From Octopus vulgaris (lineage: Eukaryota): a stretch of 64,000 nt of DNA. Positions 56,641-64,000 of this stretch are shown here, piece after piece (within the stretch, counting starts at the first letter, position 1; every line of letters starts with the position of its first letter). The DNA lies in NCBI GenBank assembly GCA_951406725.2, contig OX597819.1, positions 44,888,001 through 44,952,000 on the forward strand, written 5' to 3'. The notes beneath the pieces are model-generated. The model ran no database searches, was not told the origin of the DNA, and was given only the letters and a program-made list of their open reading frames with translations. Position numbers and translations under genes: made by a program.

Positions 56641-57249
56641 GCATGTGTATATGTTTGTGTATATGTATGGTTGTAGATAAGTATATGCGTGTGTATATAT
56701 ATATGCATTGACTCACCCGTGAAACAATACACTTTTGTGTATTCGTGTTCGTTTACCTCTGCCCTCCCACCACAACCGCCATTTCGTTTTCGCTTATTTT
56801 TTATTGTTTACATTTTGTTTACGTTTTAGTTTTGTTTTCTCTTTATCTTCGTAGCATTTCATAATGTTTACTGTCAAAAGAAAAAAAAAGAAGGAAAATT
56901 CCCGGTGCCCTCGTGGCAAATAAAGAAAAAAATGTTATTATCATTTATTACAATTTTATTGTTGATATTGATGTTATTGTTTTTCTCATTGCTATTATAT
57001 TTCTTTTTAAAATCTAATTTGTATATTATTAAGTATCTCTCGACAGACCAAGCCATCAACGAAACGGTAGAAAGTATTCATGTTATTATTATCAGTATTG
57101 TTTTTGTTGTATTTTTTGCTGTTTATATTGTTGTTGTTCATTTGTTATTTATTCTATGAATAATTATCTCTTTGGCAATCAATACAGCAGTATAAGTAAT
57201 ATTTCAAAAAACAAACAAAAAATATGATAATGTTGTTTTGTTAACTTAC

Positions 57250-57900
57250 CGCGTTGTGTTATATCATGTAATACCCCGATTTCTGCTTTATCTGTTATAC
57301 TGATTTTTTTTCATGTTATATTTTGTACTACATTTTATTGCGTTAAGAGGTATTGTCTTATATTATTTATATTATGTAAACTTATATTTTATTATGCTAC
57401 AAATATTACATTATGCTACGTTATATTATACTGAAATTTATGTTGTTATATTATAGTATTTTATGTTTACGTTACGTTGTATTCGGCCATGTTGTATCTG
57501 TTGTTATATCGGTATATTAGATTACAATTTGTTATTTATTGTATATTTTGTTACATTATATTACATTATATTATTTTGTATCATATTACGGTGTTATATT
57601 GCGGTATATGTTATATTATGTTCTGGTATATCTAAATAACGTTATATCATGTTACATTTTGTTATGTGACATTATTGCGCAGTAGTATATTACGGGAGAT
57701 GTATGAAAAGTGATGAGCCTTCAAGGCCTTTGAGTCTTGTAATCTTGTACCTTCATCAGAAGTCTTGTACCACGTTTTGTTTTGTTTTGAGGCTCAAGAC
57801 TTTTCTTACACCCCCTCGTATATTTTATCTCATATGTTATATGCTATATTATGTTATATTATGTTATGTAATTGTAATTATGTAATTTTGTGATGATGCG
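57250..57900. repeat. Degenerate pentanucleotide (TTATA/TGTTA)n low-complexity tract
   Basis: 5-bp periodic tatgt/tatat pattern. Confidence 0.7.
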
Positions 57901-59580
57901 TTATATAGGCATCGCTACGTGTTTAAGAATTTATCTTTGGTGTCACACGGTTTTGAGTTCACTGCACTATGGCCAAGTGTCTTGAACTGTAACTCAAAAC
58001 TGACCAATTACTTGTGAAGGAATTGGTAAAAGGAAAGGCAACTGTGAATAGGCTCGTCGTATATAATCCACATATCAACCCGGATGAAGCCGAAATGACA
58101 AGAGCTCAAGCATTGACGATTCCGTATGTGGTACTCTTGCTCTACATTGATTAGATCATCAGTTCATTCTTTTTGAAGACTGCAATATATGATTTCATGG
58201 AAAGTTAGTCCTATTTCGAGTCACCATTTAGAGATGTGTGTTGTTGGCGGAATTCTGCTTCATGTACGCCATATAATTCTAAATATTAAAAAAAAATTTT
58301 TTTGAAATTTTCGGAAAAGTTTTGTGAATGTTTGTTTTACATGAGACTATGCAAAAATAAAAAGAACAAAAAAATTGGTGCGTTACTTAAGGGGTCTTTA
58401 TCTGTTATTTTTAGCACATCTCACGACTACCTCAAACTCTCCTTGTTTGTTTGTCAGACGGACGAAGTGATGCTTTTCAATATCTTTTTCCCTATAAACA
58501 TATTTCATGGTCTATTGCTGTGATTAAGCAACAAAATTCGGACTCTTCGTATTTTAAACTGATTTTTTATAAAGTCGAAAACGTAAATTTTTTTTATTTC
58601 GAAAAATTAAAATGGAAATTTGTTTTCGTAGTCGTGTGAAATCCCATGTGTAGAAAACAAATTTGTAAAAGTTTTCTGAAAATTCCAAAAAATAAGAAAA
58701 AGTTATAATGGCTTTATATGGGGTACTTACAGTAGAATTCCACCTTGTTATCATATATGGTATATTTCGTCATATCAGTTTATATTTTTGCGTATAGCAG
58801 GGTTTGTTTATTGTCTTAATTGCTATTATTGTTGTTTATCTACATATGAATTCTGATCTAGAAAACTAAATACCTGGTCCAAAATTCTTACACATGTAAA
58901 AATTTAAATAATATTCAATAATTGTGTGCCTAGGATAGCATTAATAAGTCTATCTTGCTAATTATAAAATTACATATAAAATATGAAATTAACCTGAGCG
59001 CTATGTTTAGCATATTCCACTAGCACGGAGAGCAATGTTTTGTAACCAAATGGCTCAAACGCACTACACTGGTGTAGGCAGTAGTTAGGAAAGCTACGAG
59101 GTTTGAAATTTTAAAGTTTATAATTATTCAACATTTCGTACATTAGGAATTTGGTTACCTTCAATAAAAGTAGGGAAGACAACGGCCATAAAAAACATCT
59201 GCTTAAGAAATGTAATTACAGTGAGATTTGTATATTTTCTTGATGACAGTCGTTGGCAACAAAACTGCGAGTTACTATATATAGAGAGGACAAACGTTAA
59301 GGCAAGTCAGACTTCTCAAGTCATATACACTATCATTATTGGAAAAAATTTCGATTTTTAATTTTTTCCAATAATAATAATGTATATGAATTGAGATGCT
59401 TGCCTTGCCTCAACGTTTGTGACTCTCTTTAACATTTATATATCAGCTGCATCGGAAATTTGCAATGGGTCCATAACTACCGTTTGGCTATAAACTTGGA
59501 GCCCTGGTAATACATTACAGCACTTACCTAGTGTACCTAATCGTTTAGATCACCTGCGAACTACCCCCCCCCCATATTTG

Positions 59581-59620
<40 letters not shown>

Positions 59621-59708
59621 GGGGGAATATTATTCCAAACTTAGAGGGAAAAATTCAATTTAGAAATACTAAATCAAATTTCACGAAATATAATATATAT
59701 ATATATAA

Positions 59709-59863
59709 ATTAGAAAAAAACCCACCTTTTATCAATTCAATATTGAAAAATTGAATTATACCATTTACTTAATAATTGTTATATGTTTTATCTTATATTT
59801 AATTTTTCTAAATGGTATAAATTTAAATTAATTTTTCAATATTGAATTGATAAAAGGTGGCTT

Positions 59864-59873
<10 letters not shown>
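59709..59873. repeat. Inverted repeat with ~60-bp arms between (TA)n runs
   Basis: attagaaaaaaacccaccttttatcaattcaatattgaaaaatt and its reverse complement. Confidence 0.85.
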
Positions 59874-59904
<31 letters not shown>

Positions 59905-61451
59905 CAGTGGTGTATGGGGGATCTTGTCATTGGGTGTACTGCCACACTGACCATACAATAATTAACCTTAGTATTACTCAAATTAGGCATACAAATTGTG
60001 TATTTCTATTCGAAATACGGGTTCCAAAATGCAAATAATGTAAACGTAATTCACTTGGGACAAAGATATATCTAGCCAATGTAAACTGAATTAGTAATAC
60101 CCTATAAATTGTAAGCATTCTAATATAAGTCCTAATTTTCTTATGCGCAGACGCTGAAAAATAAGAAACCGTATAGTTTTACTTACTTAAATTACTTATA
60201 TGTGAGTGCTATTCCTCTTTGAGACATAAAATGTACGAGAACTTCGTCGTACATTGAACCGCTTTATAATTAGCCTTGAAAACAAATTAAGATGAAAGTT
60301 ATATAATGATATTGTAAGAAAAAGATATTGTAAAAATCATTCGTTTTAGTTTAGGAATTTAAAATTCATATGAACGTACAACTTCTCACCATGAAGACGA
60401 ACATGTGACCGTACTGTCAAAGCTGTCGCACAGCGTTCGCCATTAATTTTTTGCCTTTCTCCCATTCTCCTACGATACGCCCGGTACCGTATTATGATAC
60501 AAAACACTGTATGATGTGAAGTGTTATTTCAGGACACCCGCCACCAGGGTGTATAACAAAAGTTTTCCATTATGATTTATAATTAAACTAATGAGTAAGG
60601 TTAATATTTATAATGAATTTATCATTTTCAGTGGCTATGCAGCGCACACCTAGCACACCCGGAGTATACGCCCCTGATACACATATATATTTACATACAT
60701 TCATACATATAATATATATAGATGTGTGTGTATGTGCGTGTGTGTGTGTAAAGTATACACGTACACGTATCATAAAAAAGACAGCATTTTTATTGAGATA
60801 AACTGAACCTGGTTTTTAGTAAATCTTTCAACACAATTTCACTTTCATATATTTGACAAGAAATGTTACAATACGTATATTGCCGGGCTATGTGGTACCA
60901 AAGTTCATTTATCTACTAACCTAGAAAATTCGTTTATTGTCAATAATCAAGATATCATGCATATATTACACATAAATATCATTATGACATGTCTTATATA
61001 TAATGTCGCTACTGTGAGACATACATATATCACAATATATGCATTTTATTAAATAAACATTCACGGTAGATATTTCCTACGCTGATATGAGTTTCCATAT
61101 ATAATATATTGCAATCTTTATGCATTAATCTACATACATATTTGGAATACATTCGTATAACATACATTTTGCACAATACACATACATAATATTGTGTACC
61201 AGATATTACTAACGAAGTTTAGACATTCCTTCATTGACCATTACTTCTTTCAATGTACAACCTCAGATTATTTAAACTTCTAATATACATACATAAATAC
61301 ATATATACATGCATGCATGCATGCATGCATGCATGCATGCATGCATCCATCCATCAATCCATCCATCCATCCATCCATCCATCCATCCATACATACATAC
61401 ATACATACATACATACGTACGTACGTACGTACGTACATACATAAATGCATA

Positions 61452-61880
61452 CATGGTCTGATCAATAAGCATCCGCACTGTTGCAATAGTAACAAAGCTA
61501 AAGCATGGAGAGTGAAACAGCTTTGCAGGGATTGACCTTGATCTCTACTGTGCATGCGCGCTAAATTTTGACGTTATAGCTCACTTCCGCTGTTTACAAC
61601 AGGGCTTGGAAGAAAGGTGTGTATATCGTGTGATCATCGCATTAACCATAACAGAGAAAGTTGTTCAGAGAATCAGTATCAAATTTTGTCAAAAGCTGGC
61701 AATAACTGTTCAGAGGCCTACGCAAAGTTTTCAAAAACTTTTCATCGTTTTCGACACAATTGTGCTACTGAAACCCGGGTGTCTTATTGGTCAGCTGAAA
61801 ACAGTTTCGGCACAAATAATGGGCTGGACTGGACTGATCTGCACGACGAATTCTCCTCACAGCTACACACACATCTGCGA
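61452..61880 (+). mobile_element. Mariner-derived non-autonomous element, 5' part
   Basis: ta-catggtctgatcaataag TIR-like start; the N-terminal remnant TEKVVQRISIKFCQKL is visible in ORF 61606. Confidence 0.65.
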
Positions 61881-61931
61881 AGTTTTTCTTAGTTCTCCTG
61901 GTTACTGGACTTCCAAAACATCAATATCGAC

Positions 61932-62184
61932 ATCAATTTCGGGATTAATCCTATGGATTCTTCCCTTTTCAGTAGAAAATACGATAAGAAATAAATGAAA
62001 TATTTACACGCACCCATGGAAAAAAAGCATAAGCAAGTGTCATGTGTACACATAAGAGTTACGTGTACTCATGATTCTTGCTTATGCTTTTTTCCATGGG
62101 TGCGTGTAAGTATTTAATTCATTTCTTATCGTATTTATTTTCTACTGAAGAGGGAAGAATCCATAGGATTAATCCGAAATTGAT
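61932..62184. mobile_element. Foldback / Mutator-like MITE (near-complete palindrome)
   Basis: ~120-bp inverted arms meet at ~62056; flanking 11-bp direct repeats tcaatatcgac / tcaatatagaa. Confidence 0.7.
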
Positions 62185-62376
62185 TCAATATAGAAATAAC
62201 GAACTTTAAAAAAAAAAAATTCTGTTGGCTAGCTTTCCTCGATTTCAGCACGATGTGTATTTATAGTGAATATATAAGGAAATGTGGAAATTGACGATTT
62301 AAATTCTGTTCTCAGCATATTGGCATAGAAATAATTTTACTTTTGCCCTTATTTATAAGTTATATATATACATATA

Positions 62377-63637
62377 CATGGTATGGTGAATAGATTGTCG
62401 TATAAATTACGCAAAAATGAAACTAACACTGACATCTCATTTTGACAGATATATGTACCAAATTTACATAAAAATTTCTTAAAATACCAAAGAATAAATT
62501 TGTTCAATAAAATCGCCATTGATTTCAACCACGGCCTCCAGACGCCTTCAGAATCTCCTGACACTCTTCTGGACGTGCTGCTTGTTTAAGTTGATGAATA
62601 CTGTCATAAACCTTGCCTTCAGTTCATCTTTGGTGTTACAAGCAGTTTTGTTGGTCTCCTACTCAACTGCGCTCCACGCATAATAATCAAGAGTGTTGCA
62701 GTCTGAGGTGTTAGATGGTGATGCGGTCGCACAAACTGTCTGACAGCCATGACTGGGCTCTGCTGCTTGTGTGGCATGGTACAAATTCCTATTTCCAGAC
62801 ATAGAGTCTTCCTGCAACCACCTTCTTGACCCAGGGCAGCACTACCTCCTCCAGGCCCTTAATGTGAGCCTCCGTGTTGAGTCTGAGGTCGTGTGGGAAG
62901 ATTAATGGAGACATAACATCACCATCGCTAGTGATCACTCCAAACACTATGATGTTAACTGGATATTTGATTTTTCTCAGTCTTAGTGCATATTCTGGAG
63001 ACACAGCAAGCCAAAGGTTGTTCTGTTTGTTCACGATGTGATCCTGGCAGAAATATTTCTCGTCTTAGAAACATCAAAGCATGTTCGATTGGAGGGGATG
63101 GAGGATGCTTCAGTTCGTTCAAAAGTTTCGTAGCACGGTCTTTTCTCTTGTCCTTGATGACTTGGGATAAAAATTGTCCCTACCCATCTTGTATGAGGAA
63201 TACCGAATGTCTCCATACACTACCTGCCTAATAAGAATCTCACACACTCTCATAGCCCTGGCGATGAACCTGATTGACATGGAAGGATCGTTGTCAATCA
63301 TGCCCTTAATTTTTTTGTCAGAACGATCACTGAGATTTTCGAGGTGCCGTACCTTCGTAATCACCATTAGACTCATCCAACTCATTCCCAATCCTCTGCA
63401 CTCTCCTCAGACTGACACGCAGTCACTCTGAAATGTTTGTATTGGAGCTTCTGACGTGAATACCAAGCAGTACAGCATGTCGTATCCAATTTGTTTGGCA
63501 GAATGAATTGCGTCATGGTGCTGTTTTTCTCACAGACGCTGCCCAACTGACCGTACTATAGTGTGTAGTCGACAAAATCAAACACAAACAATGTGCATGC
63601 TCGAAAATTCAGAAAATGAAATGGTGATATCACACTC

Positions 63638-63639
<2 letters not shown>
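62377..63639 (-). mobile_element. Full-length decayed maT-like (DD37D-type) transposon, second subfamily
   Basis: Minus ORFs DNDPSMSIRFIARAMRVCE and IIVFGVITSDGDVMSPLIFPHDLRLN, then DYYAWSAVE..EAVVEINGDFIE. Homologous to the 24.5-kb element, with degenerate TIRs and a length of ~1263 bp. Confidence 0.85.
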
Positions 63640-63672
<33 letters not shown>

Positions 63673-63678
<6 letters not shown>

Positions 63679-63846
63679 GGGGAAGGAGGATGCTTCAGTT
63701 CGTTCAAAAGTTTCGTAGCACGGTCTTTTCTCTTGTCCTTGATGGCTTGGGATAAACATTATCCCTATCCATCTTGTATGAGGAATACTGAATGTCTCCA
63801 TACACTACCTGCCTGATAAGAATCTCACACACTCCCATATCCCTGG
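63673..63846 (-). repeat. Local duplicate of internal transposase segment 63088-63261
   Basis: Direct repeat with few substitutions, starting right after a (TA)n run. Confidence 0.85.
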
Positions 63847-64000
63847 GATGTATGTACATCAATGAATACATAAGTGTGTGCACGCGTGTTTGTGCGCTTT
63901 TTATTTCATATATGTGTATATTAGTATGTGAGTATATACACGCATGCACACACACACATGTATATATATATGGGGGGGGGGGAATAGAGAGACACATAGA

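Overview
AT-rich, microsatellite-saturated eukaryotic DNA. The SINE repertoire points to an octopus (coleoid cephalopod) genome; this is recognition from memory, not a database result. No confidently identifiable host protein-coding gene is present, and nearly all ORFs in the track are translations of simple repeats. The window is a mosaic of four tRNA-derived SINE families, two full-length decayed DD37D (maT) Tc1/mariner elements, several mariner remnants and MITEs, non-autonomous Helitron/Helentron elements, Dong/R4-like and CR1-like LINE remnants, and a Penelope reverse-transcriptase fragment. The most striking unannotated signal is about 10 type I hammerhead ribozyme (HHR) motifs from several short repeat families, mostly lodged in (TA)n tracts. 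They include a perfect canonical motif (5131-5175), a long-stem-II motif, a U3-A8 covariant core, and a family with a shared A6-to-U core change. Other items are a 250-bp foldback element, SINEs nested in their own family, local duplications next to (TA)n, and a speculative chain of minus-strand micro-exons.
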